From contig CAJINV010000003.1 in the NCBI GenBank assembly GCA_905178155.1, positions 2,769,715 to 2,833,714 of the forward strand: DNA of 64,000 nucleotides, read 5' to 3'. The stretch comes from Amoebophrya sp. A120. Taxonomy: Eukaryota; Protista; Dinoflagellata. Under the pieces are notes generated by a model that saw only the letters and a list, made by a program, of their open reading frames with translations, was not told the DNA's origin and ran no database searches. The position numbers and the translations under genes were made by a program. The number at the start of each line of letters is the position of its first letter. The stretch's first letter is position 1. Positions 37,459-51,571 of this stretch are shown here, piece by piece.

Positions 37459-40400
37459 TCATCTCTCTGCGAAGCAAATCAGATTCAGGACGGAGTGCAG
37501 TGTGCGCGACGGCCCGATGGCTGCAGGCACTGACGGTGAAGATGAACCGTAGTCGCAGACGTTTCGTCCTGTAACATCAATTGGCGTTCGCAGGTGCCAC
37601 GCTTTTTCATCAATAAGAACCTTCGAACAGCATGCACGCCCCAGCTGCACCAGAACTCGATTGGCTCCTGTTATAGCTGCTACCCCTTCGGAAGCCGGGG
37701 CGATTGCGATTTTTGCCTTGCTTGTTCGCGCAATGAGGGTGCACGCACCGGCTGCGCTTGCTCTACGACAATTACTTCGCGGGGCTTGGGGGGCGTTCGA
37801 CTTGCGGAACGGGGATACGCATACTGCACTGCACCACCTATGGTCTGCGACAATTGTGCGTGCCTGATTGTGATTAGTGTTCTTTCCAAAGTAATACGAT
37901 AAAATTTTAAATGAAAGAGTCCGTGTCCGACGCGCAGTGTAACAACTCCTCAAGATGAAGTCATTCGTGAGGATCACATCATTTTTCCGTAAAAGTACTA
38001 TCGAACTCCGGTTGTAATTTTTATACGTCTGATTCAGCGGATTTGCCGTCCCGTAGTCTATTGGGCCGCGGCTTGAGCCCATGCTGCTATTCAGTCCTCC
38101 GCTCATGCCGCTGAGGCCTCCGCTCTGATTCATCATCCGGGGGGGCGTCGCGTATCTTGGCGGAGCCTGCATGCCAGGCGGATATCGTGGGCTGTTGCCT
38201 TTTGGCGGGGTGCGCGCGTACCTGATATTTTTCATTTTTGCTGCTCTTCTTGCTTCATGATATTAGCGGGTGCTGGCGCGCCCAGTCACGGTCTTCCAGA
38301 CTATACATTTATTGTCCTGAAGATGTTGTCTTGGTGAGTGATTGGCACAATTTTTTAGGTCCTCGGGGTATTATACACATCGCCTTTCCAAAATCTTAAT
38401 TTATTTTTTGTAATAAAACGAACAAAATAAAAAAGCAGTGTGGAGTATTGACGACTAAGTAGAAGTTGGTACCCTATGCTGCGGCCGAAATTTGCGGTGT
38501 TGTCGAATTGTTCGCCCGGGCGCCCGAAGTTGCCTGTGCCCTGGCCGAAGTTCCCAGTTTGGTCGAGTTCCTGGCCGACCGCCCAATGCGGAACGCCCGT
38601 GCCGCTAAGACCGCGACTACCGCCGAGGCGGCTCTGGATCAGTGGCGTCGGGGGTGTTCTTGAGGGAGTCACGTCACGGTAGCTGATTGGCCTAGTGCTC
38701 GAGCTGGCATTTAATGGGTTTTGCGTCGCGGTAGTGTTGGTTGTACCTGCATTTTTAATTTGTGACTCGCATTCAACTCTAGAATTTTTGCGCTATCTAT
38801 CCTACTAGAACAAGTAGCAGATTGTCCGAAGACGGCACGACGGAATTCAACATTTCGTGTGCGTATTCATCTTCTTGTCGGCAATATCATGCAGATTTGC
38901 AAGGTCGCAGAAAGAAAATCCTTCTGCGCGTGCCGAAGGATAAGTTTACAATTCCAAGAATATGCGTGCAACCTGTACAGTTTCACTTTTTCAAAACAAA
39001 AAAGTAAATCGCAATAATGCAGGCCACGAACGTTTCGAAAGAAACATAAACACTCCAGCGTCCCCCGTTCCACCTTGTGATATCACGAAGAACATCACCC
39101 GCATGCGATTGATTACCGATACATAACTACTTCCTCCACCTCAATGAAATGATCACATACCTGCAAGCTCCTCGCGTTCTTGCATCCCGGTCGGACGGGA
39201 ACTGCTTGTCCCTCCTGCTGCGGTGGTGCTTTGTTCCTGTTCCTCCTGCTTGCGCTGCTGAATTTCATCCTGCAACTTCAGGAGATCCGCGTGATTATCG
39301 CAGAAACGCAAGCCTTTTTGCAGCTGCTGCTCCGCCTCACCGATGTTGTTCTCCATCATGTAGGAGCGCACGAGCGTGAACCACCCTTTCATGAAGTTGC
39401 TCCGTATCTCGACCACTCGTTGTGCATCCTTCTTGGCGCGCGCCCAGTCCCGGAGAACAGCGTAGCAGAGCGCTCGGTTGGAGTAAAGTCGGTGGTCATT
39501 CTCGCTTTCACGAATCCCTTCTGAGTATTTCTCTATCGCTGCTTGGTACATCGTCAGCGCTTGAGGTATGTTGTTTTCCTTCGCGGCTATCTGACCTGTT
39601 ATAGCGAACATCAAGGTTGTTGCTTCATCTTCAACTTCATGCAAGCCAGAGTCCTTTTACTTAATTCTTGATGTAGGGGCGTAATGATTTTTGAAAATGA
39701 AATGGAAGTCATCAAGGTAAACATAAAGACTGATGAAGATGCAAAAAAGAAAAGCGAAATAAATGCGGGCAAGGAATTCGCAGTTACCTTTCTTGTAAAA
39801 CTCGTTTCCCTCTTTCCGTGCTAGCTCCGCTCGTTCGAAGGGCATGAGCTTCTGTCTCTGGTACTCGCGCCACAGCAGCGTGTATTCTTGTCTTTTCGCG
39901 TCATCCTGCAAACAGGTCCACGCGTCATTTATCAGCTGAAACATCTTCTTACCTGTGAGAAGAGAAAGTGTGTGTAAGTAGATTTTTGAATTTTGATTTT
40001 GACACAACTGCACCATATGATATACGTACGGTTGCTTTCTTGTGGCGAGTCGCTCAAACTCGTTGCTATGCTGCAAATCAATGTCGGATCTTCAAAAATG
40101 AGCTGACGGCCAAATCAAAAATGAAGCTGTACCGGTCTGTGATGGACTTTCAGGGCGCTTGTCCGGGTGCCAGTCTACCATTATGGAAAGAAAATGAGTA
40201 ACCACCAATCGAGGCCGCAATGCTTGTTCCTTATTTTTCCCAAAATATATACATGACCATGAGGGAAGTCGAAGTTGCTACTTAGCTTTTCAATTTCATT
40301 TTCTACTGCGCATGACAGAATATCTTCACATCTAGTTCTAGAAGCTATCATCATCTTTATGAGTGATTACCGATGTTCCTCTCATATGCACGAGTTTTCG

Positions 40401-40520
40401 GTATGACTTTTTGATTGTATCGGCGTCTGCATCCGGCTCGCATTCGAGCGCATTGTAGTAGTCGGCAAAGTCAGTAAAGTCGTACTGAACCTGCTCTCCT
40501 TGCGGCGTAGGAGCCGACAT
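37459..40520 (-). CDS. DnaJ (J-domain) + TPR co-chaperone with a long low-complexity C-terminus
   Basis: DYYNALEC...IKKSYRKL, WHPDK at ~40160-40175, FQLINDAWTCLQD; TPRs KEGNEFYK, LYSNRALCY, FMKGWF; intron ~39159-38749 links to Pro/Gly-rich exons. The 3' end is uncertain. Confidence 0.8.
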
Positions 40521-42279
40521 CTTGCGCGCGTCTAGTACTCACTCTCCGTGGCGGTGTTCGGAGATGACAGTTCTTTTCGCGATCTGCTTCTTTAGGAGAG
40601 GATCTATCAATTTGTCACTGAATCCCACGGCGGGTACTGGCTCGAGAAAACTACAGGGCCTTCGTGCAACTTCTTCTTGCTCGGAGAGGCACCTGAAGAG
40701 TCCACACCGTGAAAGTAGTTCTACGACTTGTCGATCAGATACTTACCGCTTGGGCGCGCCGTCCGTCTCCGTTGTGCTTGTATGTAACAGTAATGCTGCA
40801 GTATAGTTGCTGCTTCTCCTTGTCCACCTACCAGCCCAAAGACCTATTTTGATCGCGCGCTTGTTTGCAGCAGGTGAGCACCACGAGCACGATTCCTGTA
40901 CGCGTTGAAATTACGTTCTTTCTAGTCGAGGACTACACGCGTGTACACCACAATCCGCGTGGAGCCTAGTGGGGACAAGCTAGAGAGACCGCTCGACGCA
41001 CAGCACGGTCCACACCGCGTTCGGAGATGCGATATTCAGAACAAGACTTGATGAAGCTTAACTACATCAAACGCGAAAGAGACACTATCAGAATACTTTC
41101 TTAGGATTCTATCTCTATGGTAAAAAGGATTCCTAAATAAAACAAGCTCCGCTCGCAGGACAAGCTTCGCTTGCTAACGGTGCTGTCCTTTTTTCTCTGA
41201 TATTGTGCAACGAGGGAAAAAACAGCAAGCTTCGGTCTAGAAACTCTCGTTGTCTAAAACAGACACAATGTACTTAGTGCTCGGGGGGGGGATATTTTAC
41301 AGGTGGCGGGTACTGAAGATGCGCAGGAAAAAAAGACGTGTCGAGGGAATAGTAAACGAAATGCGCTTCTCAAGCGCTTTTGCTGTCTCGAGAACTTGTA
41401 GATGAGTTACCATGTCGAAATTTTTAACGATCACCGAGACGCGTCGGCAATTCTTAGTACCACATCCAACCAGCCACCGATACTTTTCTGCTTACATCAG
41501 CAGCGTTTTTCACACCGAGCGAGTGTCGTATTTCTCTTGTTTCATGTAGTTGTACAAGTACAACTTATCGGACGAATGTTGTACTAGCATAGAGTCAGAA
41601 AGCGTTCCACAACAGACTCGGTCATAATGGCATTCTCAGCAGATAAGCACACACAGGCAAACATGGGATGAAGAATGTCTGGCTTCCACGACACACGATT
41701 AGATTCACTTTTGCGAAGAACACGACACAAATTTCATAGACTGCGCATACAACTGTAGCAATTTCACTCTTTTTGACTTTTCCCAACGAGAGCTTGATGT
41801 TGCTCCTCTGTTGAAGAAGACTGACTGCTATTTCGTTTGTAAGTCATCATATGTACTGACGGCGTAGGCGTACACGTAGTCCGTACTCAACCAAAAAGTG
41901 CGGAGGAACTAATTTCCAACACTCTCAAGAAGTCAAACGGAAGGGGCGAAACTTTTTCCACTGTGCACGAATTTGCACCGCAGCCTCGAGCAAAGCGGCA
42001 TCGTCGTCACAATAAAAGTATGCCGTGCAAAGTCAAAGACGTCCTCATACACATACAACTCACTACCATTTTTTCACTTACTCCTGCATAGCAAGCTCGC
42101 GGCGGGTTCCTCTACCTCTCCCAACAATGTCATAGCGGAGGTGACGCACTACAACACAGGACCTAAGTCACAACTTCATGCAAAACAAAGTATGACAGAA
42201 ATGCAAACGCCATTTGGAAGTCAGAATGCATCCTAAAAAGAGCCGCAGTGGGCCGCCGCGGTAAACCGGAGTAGCAACT

Positions 42280-44451
42280 AGTCCCGCTGGGCCAAATGAT
42301 CATACCTATCGAGCTGGTGACGAGGAGATATCATTTTGTTCATTCTATTTTTTTTCGCAAGTTGGGTATGGACATGAAAACAGCTTTGCACATGATAAAA
42401 ATTCTACGAGGCCGGTGTGGAAAATGCGCATCCGCGCCACGTTGTACACACCATTCAGCTTTAAAGTGGGCGACAGCTCCGGCATGTAGCTCGAAGAAGT
42501 TCCGGGAAACGCGGCCGCAATGGCTTTAAGTTCCAGAGGATATGGAAGGCGCATGTAAGCCCAGAGACTTGTTACCTGAAAATTTTTCAGAAACAGAGGG
42601 CGACCCATTTCTCCGGCGTGTGCTGTCTCGCGTCGACCCGCATTGTTTCCTTGCAGCTGTCGGCCCCCGTGTGATGAACAAAGGTGATGTCTCTCATCGG
42701 CCTGGACGATGTAAGCGATGCTTTTCAGGTACTCTCGCGCTGTCCCACAAATTTGTTTGACCTGCGCTTCAAACTCAAATTCAATCTGGGCAGCTGCATT
42801 CGAGGGCTCGGGGTTATGTTCCGATGATTCGTTCACGTCATCGTCCGAATCAGTGCCCCCAGCATCTTCAGGGTCCACCACATCTTCTGAAGAAGCGTAT
42901 CAACACGAACAAAGCCAAGGTTTCAATCCCGAAGATAAAATAAAGCGTATGTGATCGTCTGCGTCATGACTTCTTGCAAAATGAGTATATAATATCGAAA
43001 AAGGAGCCGCGACTGACGTGTAGCGACACTGCTACTGATCGCAGCTCCAAAGCACACGCAAAAAAACTTGAGCGCTGTAGTACTTGTGTCATAACCATAG
43101 CCGATTTTCTTCTCGGGTCTTCAGGGACAAAACCAATAAATTTTGTAGATGATACGGATGAGTCGCTCTTCTGGGGTCGCCGGGCTCGTTGACGCACCTG
43201 CTTCGTTTGCTGGTTTATCGTTTTCTGTCGCAGCTGACGCGTCGTGCGCCTCTGAACCCCGCTCACCATATTCGCATCAAAACCGCCATAATGATGCACA
43301 GTGTTTCGCGGCCGTAAGTCGCCGCGGAGCGTGAGAGTACCGTTTGGATAAATGCTGGCAACTAGCAGGCCTGCGTGTTCACTGCTAGCCGCAGTATAGA
43401 GCCTCACGTCATCTTCGTCATGGTCATGGTCTGTTTCTTGCTGCATCTTTGTTGCGATTGAAGAGCTGCTTCCTCCGGCTCCCGAAAACGTCCCTGCTTC
43501 GCTGCCCACCCCGCCGCGTCTACGAAAAATTGAGACCTGCAGCTGTTTAATGTTGCTGCCGGGCTGCTGATTCTGTTGTTGCTGGAGAGCAGCTACCGAA
43601 TTTGAAGCATTTTGCGGTTTTTTCGATGCAGCCTTCTTGTTGCGATTCCCCCCGCCTCCACCGAAAGAGAGGGTATGACGTACAAAAAAAAATTCGGCCG
43701 TGCCACCCCTGATTTGTGGCCAAGTTGGAGATTGATACACATAGCATACAGATACATCTTAATTTTCATGCTGGTGAAACTAAATGCTGATATGGCACAC
43801 CATCGATCGCCGAAGGAGCCGGACGCGGACAATCATGGTGTGTATAGATACGCGATTTTCTTTTTCACTTTCACACGTCTGGTTCTTGTGTCGTGTTTCT
43901 TCATGGCATTCGATTTCGCTTTACTAGCTGTCCCAAGACGGTGGCAGGCACGGACGAAATCTTAACTCATGTTCATACAGTGCCTCTACATTCCAGAAGC
44001 GATGACGTATTTCCTCCAGGTTTAGACCACCGGGCACGTCGACAAAACCTTTGACTTGGATATTTTTGATGTGCAGCGCGCCGTCACCTTCCGCTGATGC
44101 GGGTTGCTTCTTATTGTTGTTTCCATCGTTGGGCACGTCGTCTTCAAGGTTCCATTCATCCTCAAGATCGTCGATTGTTAGAGAGCTTGCCTTGGAGGAA
44201 GTAGCGTTTATTTCCTTTGCCCGTCCTGAAACTGGAGGAACATGATTTTCGGGCCGCGCGTTGCCCCTCCTAAGGCCCTGCTGTGCCCCCGGTGCTGCTC
44301 CCTTTTTATCGCCTTTGCTTCGCGCAGGCCGTACTGAGTTTGTCACGACCCTCGTCTTAGCCTTTGCCGCGGGTGGCTCCCAAGAAGGATCCTCATCAGA
44401 GGAACCCGCCTTCGCGCGCTTGCGACCGCCTGGTGCTTGGGCGCGTTTCAT
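42280..44451 (-). CDS. Divergent TATA-binding protein-like factor (TBP/TLF)
   Basis: Two TBP-type repeats: LHIKNIQVKGFVDVPGGLNLEEIRHRFWNVEALYEHEL...VASIYPNGTLTLRG and FLKNFQVTSLWAYMRLPYPLELKAIA...SSYMPELSPTL...MRIFHTGLVEFLSCAK. Confidence 0.7.
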
Positions 44452-45269
44452 TTTCAGTACCACTGACGCTATTTATTTTGCTCCAAGAGTAAAAAGGGTA
44501 TCGAGCTACATTGTCGAAAATGTACGTGAACTTTCTACTTATAGTATACTCTGCATTTAATGTTACACGCCCTACCAGGAAACAAATAAGTAAGTGTTGC
44601 ATAGAAGGCACTTTCTAGTATGGCTATTCCTGGAAAAAAAAATTCTCAGGCGTTCTTAGCATACTGAAAATGAAGTGAAAGGAGCTGTATACAACATACG
44701 TAACTAGGGAGCAGGGGCGTCGCACCTCTTCGGATCCAAAACCAGAGCGCTGTAGGGTAAAAATCTTCACTGAAGTGAGGTGTACTGACGGTTTGCAGCC
44801 CGTGCAGCAGCTTAAAGCTTTGCGGCAGGTTTGATGCAGCAAGCGCTGAATCGCGACGGCTTCTGTCTCCGAAAAGAAAGATTTGATGAGCCTACTTCCT
44901 TGAGGTACAAGCAGCGCTAGGACGCGGTGCGCAACATTTTTTCAACTGCCTGATCGATTACTGCCCGTATAGGTAGAGTGAGCAACAACATAGAGATTTT
45001 TGATGTGTCGCATGTTCAGTGGCTTCTACTTGTTTCACTGAGGTTGAATTGGTAGTAGTGTTAGACTTATCTCGTATCATTATGTGTCGTGGCTTCTCTA
45101 AGCCTGAGATGAAAGGAGTCATCGCCTTTTCTTGTCAGATCATGTGTCACTTTTTCACCGTGCGCGAACCCGCCTCAGCTTGTTGGTGAATCGCTTCGGC
45201 GTGATTGCTATCCACTGCAACAGTATCGCAATCGTATAACTAACACTAAGATCACTTCACTAAGTGTGA

Positions 45270-47705
45270 TCATACTGCATGACAAATGCACCGTCTAGAT
45301 ATACAAATTTCGATACTTTTGCAGTGCATACTCGCCATCGTGTAGGGGGACAGTTTTAAGGCGGAAGGCAGCAGCGTATCGCGGCCGCCGCCGTAGCGCA
45401 GGGCGAGCGGCAGTCGCGCGTCCTCCTCGCGGTACGGCAATTCGAGGGGTTCCCCGAACACCACGTGCCACAAAAATTCCATCACGTAGCACGGCTTGTG
45501 GCCCACGTTGCACACCGCGAACTCCTCCATTAGCGCCACATCTTCGGGGTCTACTTGTTGATCCCGCTCCGCCAGCGCAGTAGTACTATCGTTTCTGGCG
45601 ATTTCCGCCGCCAGCCGCGTGTAGCGGCCGTGAAAGATGAGGTCCGCGAGGTGGGCGTAGAAGTCCCGGTCGCGGGCCAGGATCCGCGCCCGCGACACGA
45701 CGAAGTTGCTGCAGCAGTAGGAAGTCACCGGGGCCAGCAGCGGGTGGCCAAAAATCATTTGGAACACGCGCTCAAAGCAGGGTGTCACCAGTGCGGCGTA
45801 CCGCTCGTGCGTCAGGTGCAGAAAGGGAACGTCGTACGTGCGCTTTTCCACGGACTGTAGCACCACGTTGAAAAACGCGGACTTGAAGTGCCGGGGGCCG
45901 TCGTCGTGGATGAAAGCGACAAAGTCCGCGATTCCGCTTGTTGATCGTGTGGCTTTCTCCCCCTGCTGCTGCTGTGCCGGCGCTAGGAAGCCGAATTCGA
46001 GAATGTAAGCCAAGTACGCGGTGCACTCCCCCGACATGAACCGCGGGTCGCGCTCCGGGAGCTCGCGGATGAAAATCTGAATGTGGTCCTCGAGCCCCTC
46101 AATTTGGTCTTGCAGAATCTGGTCGGGGTCCTCGCCCTTTGCCCGCATGCGGTGTCGACACTTCTCGTAGATGAAAAACCGCGTTTTCTTCGGAAAGGCA
46201 AACTCCCAGAGCCACATCATGGGACTGTCGCACCGTGCGATCACGACGTCCAGCGAAAGAACGCTGTCCGGGTCCTCCTGTTCTTTCAGAAGTCGCTGCT
46301 CTTGCAGGTTCGTTATGTGAGCGTACTCGAGGCCGTATGATGTGAACGCCTGCGTGACAGGCCACATGATGTTCGTGGCCATGTACTCTTCGCGATTGGA
46401 CACTGCCGGCACCGAAATCTCTTGCAGCACGCCGGGCGCAGGAGAATTTGTGGCTGGTGTGGTCTCCTCCTTCGACGAATCTACTTCTTGCTGTTGGTGT
46501 TGGTGCTCATGCTCTCCCCCTTCTACTACGGTAGGTGGATCCGCCAGTGTGCCTCCTGGCAGCTGCTGCTGAGTTGGTGCCGGGGGGTTCCGTAACCGCG
46601 CAAGGATGTCCTCCGCCTCGCTCGCAAACAGTACACTGAAATGGTCCGGGGAATTCAGCAGGAATGCCTCGGCCATCAGCAGCAGGCAGCTGATCGTCAA
46701 TCCCGGGCAGCTGTCTTCCTCGGATTCCCGTTGCTTGCGGTCCGTTCCCAGCACTATCCAACCGCAGCTTTCTAGCGGAGGCGTGGTGGGAAGGGTGAGT
46801 CGGGCGCTTTGCTTACCGGAGTTCCACTCCCGGCTGTGATGCGACTGGAGCTTGCTCACGATCGCGGATATTCTATTTCTCTTGGTCGCTAACTCATTAT
46901 TTTCAACGCTCTCGTCAACAGTAGATGATGGGGTTTCACCTGATAAAGAACTGCTGCCTACAACTTTGGGAGCACCAGACTCTGTTGCATCTTCTTCTTG
47001 TTCATCACCTTGATTATCTCCGGCGAGGACAGCGCCGGCGGCCGTGGCACTGGCTCCTGCTGCAAAATCCGACAGCGCGTTCGCTTCGTCCTCACTGAGG
47101 GCGCTGTCGTAGGGACCGTGCCGGTAGAATTTCCGCAGCTGGTCCTGCAGCGAGTGCGCCATGATGGAGCCGATCTCGCAGTCGCCCTCGGGCGAGTCGG
47201 GCGCGCACACTTCGGCCAACTGCCGAAACGTCCACATGCACACGCGCATGTACTCCTCGTCTCCCTTGTAACTGCTCTCGCTCCCCGCCGCAAAATCGGG
47301 CACGGAAGGGTCGAAGGGCATCCGACTGAGCTGTATCGACGTCCTGGTCTCATCTTCGTGCTCGCCTGCTTCGGCCTGGTGTTCATCGGGAAGTGGCGGT
47401 TCACCATGCTCGTCCGGGGAGGCGACACCAGGAACGACGTCTACGAGCCCTTCGTCCGATACCACGGCAGCGGAGCCGTGACTGGGGTCGTCATCATGTA
47501 GTTGTACCTCCGCAACGCCGGCTACTTCCTCCACCGGAAGGACACGACCTGGCTCTTCCTGCTGGTCTAAGTGGTTCTGCGCCAGTACACTTCTGACCAG
47601 GTGTCGCTCATCCGAAACAAGGAGCACGGCCAAGAAAGAACGACCGAACAGTCGCAACCACATAATTTTGGGGCAGCACGTGAGGCTCTGATGTCTGATC
47701 CTCAA
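45270..47705 (-). CDS. Probably secreted DUF3431-like protein
   Basis: Hydrophobic N-terminus; LDVVIARC, GECTAYLAYI, FVAFIHD, YCCSNFVVSRARILAR...FY, YVMEFLWHVVFGEP motifs typical of DUF3431. Confidence 0.75.
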   Translation of the reverse strand: MRIRHQSLTCCPKIMWLRLFGRSFLAVLLVSDERHLVRSVLAQNHLDQQEEPGRVLPVEEVAGVAEVQLHDDDPSHGSAAVVSDEGLVDVVPGVASPDEHGEPPLPDEHQAEAGEHEDETRTSIQLSRMPFDPSVPDFAAGSESSYKGDEEYMRVCMWTFRQLAEVCAPDSPEGDCEIGSIMAHSLQDQLRKFYRHGPYDSALSEDEANALSDFAAGASATAAGAVLAGDNQGDEQEEDATESGAPKVVGSSSLSGETPSSTVDESVENNELATKRNRISAIVSKLQSHHSREWNSGKQSARLTLPTTPPLESCGWIVLGTDRKQRESEEDSCPGLTISCLLLMAEAFLLNSPDHFSVLFASEAEDILARLRNPPAPTQQQLPGGTLADPPTVVEGGEHEHQHQQQEVDSSKEETTPATNSPAPGVLQEISVPAVSNREEYMATNIMWPVTQAFTSYGLEYAHITNLQEQRLLKEQEDPDSVLSLDVVIARCDSPMMWLWEFAFPKKTRFFIYEKCRHRMRAKGEDPDQILQDQIEGLEDHIQIFIRELPERDPRFMSGECTAYLAYILEFGFLAPAQQQQGEKATRSTSGIADFVAFIHDDGPRHFKSAFFNVVLQSVEKRTYDVPFLHLTHERYAALVTPCFERVFQMIFGHPLLAPVTSYCCSNFVVSRARILARDRDFYAHLADLIFHGRYTRLAAEIARNDSTTALAERDQQVDPEDVALMEEFAVCNVGHKPCYVMEFLWHVVFGEPLELPYREEDARLPLALRYGGGRDTLLPSALKLSPYTMASMHCKSIEICISRRCICHAV

Positions 47706-48029
47706 CCTCTATTTGATCCTTACTATATCTAACCCAAGTGCCGGATGATCGAGGATCACACTTACCGTGCGATGACGAAGCTGCCGCTAGAAAATAAGTA
47801 AACACACGAGCAGCTACGTAAGGTGGAGCCCATGTGCTGTATTCGCTCGTGAAAGCAGACACACTGGTGCAGCTCGCGGCAGCAGAGTCGTTGCCAAACA
47901 CCTAAACGTCGAGATCCAGATCCAGATCGTTCGACATTTCGCCAAGATGAACTTGAACATCAGCTGCAATACAAAAAAAAATGAAGGAAAAAATCACAAA
48001 ACGATCAGACTCCGGCAGTTGCAGCTCAA

Positions 48030-49981
48030 GCTGGATCTCAGCGATGATCTTCTGAGGGCCAAGTAAACGCAAGGAACGAGGACGATCGAGTTGGAACTAG
48101 GGCGGAAAGATCCGGTCGTGCCAGCCTCTACTGTGGCGCTTCTTCGTCGGCAGAGAAGTATACTGTGAGTTTGAGCACATTCACATATCCAAGTCTTTGT
48201 ACCGATGCACATTGATTCGAACAAATGCAGACCATTGGGATCACAACGACAACGACAAGGAAAGAAAGACCTACAAGTCCGACAACACTGTCACCGTCTC
48301 TCTGCCTTTCGAGTTCAAGTAAAATGATGGGAGGACTCACAATTCTCCACCAAATCCACGTAGAGTGTCCTCGTCAATAGAGTGCAGATAAGAGTTTTTC
48401 GCCTATGGTCCGCACGAGCGAAGACTTGATCATGACGAAAAGCGGTGCGCTTTGCTGTCCGTCTGCCAAGGACCAGAGCATGCCAGACTGGAAGGAGCTT
48501 TGGAAACTCACTTGAAAACGTCGTCGCGTGGCGTCAGTGGTGGCCAACACAAAGTTGTTCTCCAGGCCCGAAACGTCCAGTACAGGTCGGTACTCAAGTT
48601 GCGCCACTTCTGCAGGTGAGGCGGACCCGGAGGGAAACAAGGAAATCGTGCCCGTTTGATTCGCCCAGAGCTCAATGCGGCCCTGGAGCGCGATATTGCC
48701 CGACAGGAACACCCCGGTAGGGTACAGGTACCAGGTCGTGTCCCACACCTTCCCCACGGCCAGCGTGACCTGCTGCTGCACCACGCTGGCTGTTTGCTCC
48801 ACCGGTACTCGGCACTTTCGAGCCCGCGCGTACACCTGGTCGTGCCCTTGATGCTCATCTTGCCCCTCAGCGAAGCCGAGAAGGCATCGCTTCTGTTCGA
48901 CGGTGACGAAGTCGGTAACCTGCAGCAACAGCCCCTCCGGTCCAGCGGTTATCGTGCGATCCTCGAACGTCCAGGGGGGCGTGTGGCCGAGGTAGCGCAC
49001 TCGCTTAGCCTTCTCGTATGCTATGTGCAAAAGCACCGTACTAGTAATTGTAGCAGTTTTTAACTGGCCATCACAGTAGAGGTCGCCGTATGCAAATAGG
49101 CATAGGGCACCGAGTTTTATTCAGAACGCAGGTCTTCAATGTATGATACTTATATCGTGCGAAGTGTCTGCATTTTCTTGGAAATTCACGTCGACACGTA
49201 CACGGCGACGGTTGTCCACCATGTACTTAAGTACATGTACTTTTCCACTTGATATCTTTCTCTGCTCCACGAAGATTTCCACCGCTTCCCGCACGCCCTG
49301 CTCGGCGCCATAATCGTCCAAAACGAGAAAGGGTGCGAGTTTTGCAGCCTGTTCCAGGTCGTTCAAGACGCTGGCGACGTCGTGCGCGGCGTCCACCAGG
49401 ACGAAAGAAACCGAGTCCGAAAGCAAGTGGTTTTTTGGCAATTTCACCTCCCAATCGTCCAACACGGAGTGGAACTCAAAGTAGGCAATGTTGTCGTGCG
49501 CCTGATTGTTTGCCATGTTCTGCTCCAGAACCGCGATGCTGTTCTCGAGGGCCCAAACCTGGTGGCAGTGCTGCGCCAAAAACCCGGTGGTCAAACCGAC
49601 ATGCGCTCCCAACTCGATCCCAATCTGGCACTCTTTCGTCGCGCTCTTTTTACTGTCGGATGCATCTTCGGCGTCTGGAGGTCGTCCACCAGCGTTGGGA
49701 TCATAGTGATTATCGTGGCTTTCAAGAAATTTTTGCCTGTATTCACGGAGCTCCGTCGCGAAAAAATTCACGATGTCGTGTTTGAACTTCACGGAAATGG
49801 TCCAAGGATTTTCGGTCTTATCCACCAGCGGCGGGTGCCCTTGTTCTGCTTCTGCGTCTGCCGTTGAGCCTACGTAGAATAAGAAAGGCGTCCACCTCAG
49901 CAACAGGAACATCGTCGTAAAGGGGCGCGTCAGAGCAGCTCTGCGACAGAAAGCTTTGGCTTCATACTGTTGTTGCGACAT
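48030..49981 (-). CDS. Class I SAM-dependent methyltransferase (Methyltransf_24-like)
   Basis: IGIELGAHVGLTT motif I; FVLVDAAHD...LVLDDYG...GVREAV; second exon is ORF 48374..49036. Confidence 0.75.
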
Positions 49982-51571
49982 CGAAAAGAGAAAGAGGACG
50001 CAATGCGAAGAAAAATAACAAGTAGAAACAACACGATAAATTAAACGCAAGAATTTTTCACTCTTTCGGGCACCACTGCTAGGAGTCTAGGTGTACTTCA
50101 TTCAGCAGAACGAGCGACTGTGACCTCAACCCGGCCATCCAAGAACTCCACGACAAGAACCATTACAGAGGATCGATGCACAAAAAAGCCTGATCAGAAA
50201 GCCTTCTGCACCTGCGTCCTCTCACGAGAAGTAGAAGAAAAAAAATTCTTGACCTGCTTACCTTTCAGGTTTGAAAGATAGAACCGGGATTGCGCTCATG
50301 GTCATGGTGCTCTCAATGTCAATATCAATTCCAATGTCGCCGGTGCACGACACAGTTGCGTTGTACTTCTTCATTCTGATGATCGTCGTTCCATGGGCAA
50401 TGTGATCTGATCGCGATCGCGTCTTTCTTGTGACGAGGCAACGATGATCGCCTCGAACTGTTTTTCTTGTTTTATAAAACTGAGGTGAGACGTGGTACAC
50501 GTAGCTACCACTTTGCATGAACGAAAACGCTCGATGAAAGTGGACTGCTGAAGCCTGGAACAACGTCGTATGCTCATTCGCTTTGTCGTGTGACCATCGC
50601 TATGCCGCCACGCACTGACGGAGCCGGAGGCACACACGCCGACACACAAAATGAATCTTCCACTCCACCAGGACCAGTGTTCATTTTCATATAGTGATGT
50701 TTTTGTAGCTTACAGTTTTCACACAAATCACGCGCCCAAGCGTGATAAATCATCAATCGACATGGCAGCAAGCGCCGGCATTTATTATCGATACCCATGA
50801 TCATCATGATCTTCTTGATCTTCAATATCATTCAAGAATAAAAAACACTTGCTCCTCTTCGCACATTCTTATGTCTGTGAGTACGTGTAGTGTTTTTGCT
50901 CGCCCTGGTACATTTTCATGGAGTAGCAGCCCCTTTTCTGGCACGTCCACGACGCCGGGGACGTAGCAGTTTCAGTTTCCGTTTGAAAAAGTAAAAGTGA
51001 GTTTACGTTTAGTATATACGTGTTCGTCTACCTCGTGGCACGATAACGACCGCACTTCCGAAGGAGGTGCTAATTGGTTGAGGAAATTCTGCGCTTGCTC
51101 TGGCTACGACGCGACAAGAGTGATAGCAGCAGGCAGTAATCTTCGTGAAGATCAAGAGCATACAAACTCGACACACCCAATCTCTCGACACGTCGGGCAG
51201 CTTCTGCGGTACAAATCTCCAACATGGTGCCCAGTAGCGTGGTCATTTTGTGAGACTGTTGACAAATGAAGCACGGCAACAATGTAAAAATATCTGGGTG
51301 ACACATTTACTTCACACCAGATTTTTACTTCTACATGAAGCGCGACAAACGTATTGAAAAAACGCAAGAGAGGGCCGCAAAGGCACGGGCAAACAGAGGC
51401 TGCTCATGTGAAGCTGCCACGTAGTTCCGTACAACTCTTCGACTTACCACGTTGCGCCTGCCCCGCGCTCTTGGGAGCAGCTAGAGGAAAATGGAACTTT
51501 TTGGAGAGTAGTAGAGATGGCGCGACCGCACAGTAAGGTAGAGGACTATCAAACAGCACTAACTCCCCTTC

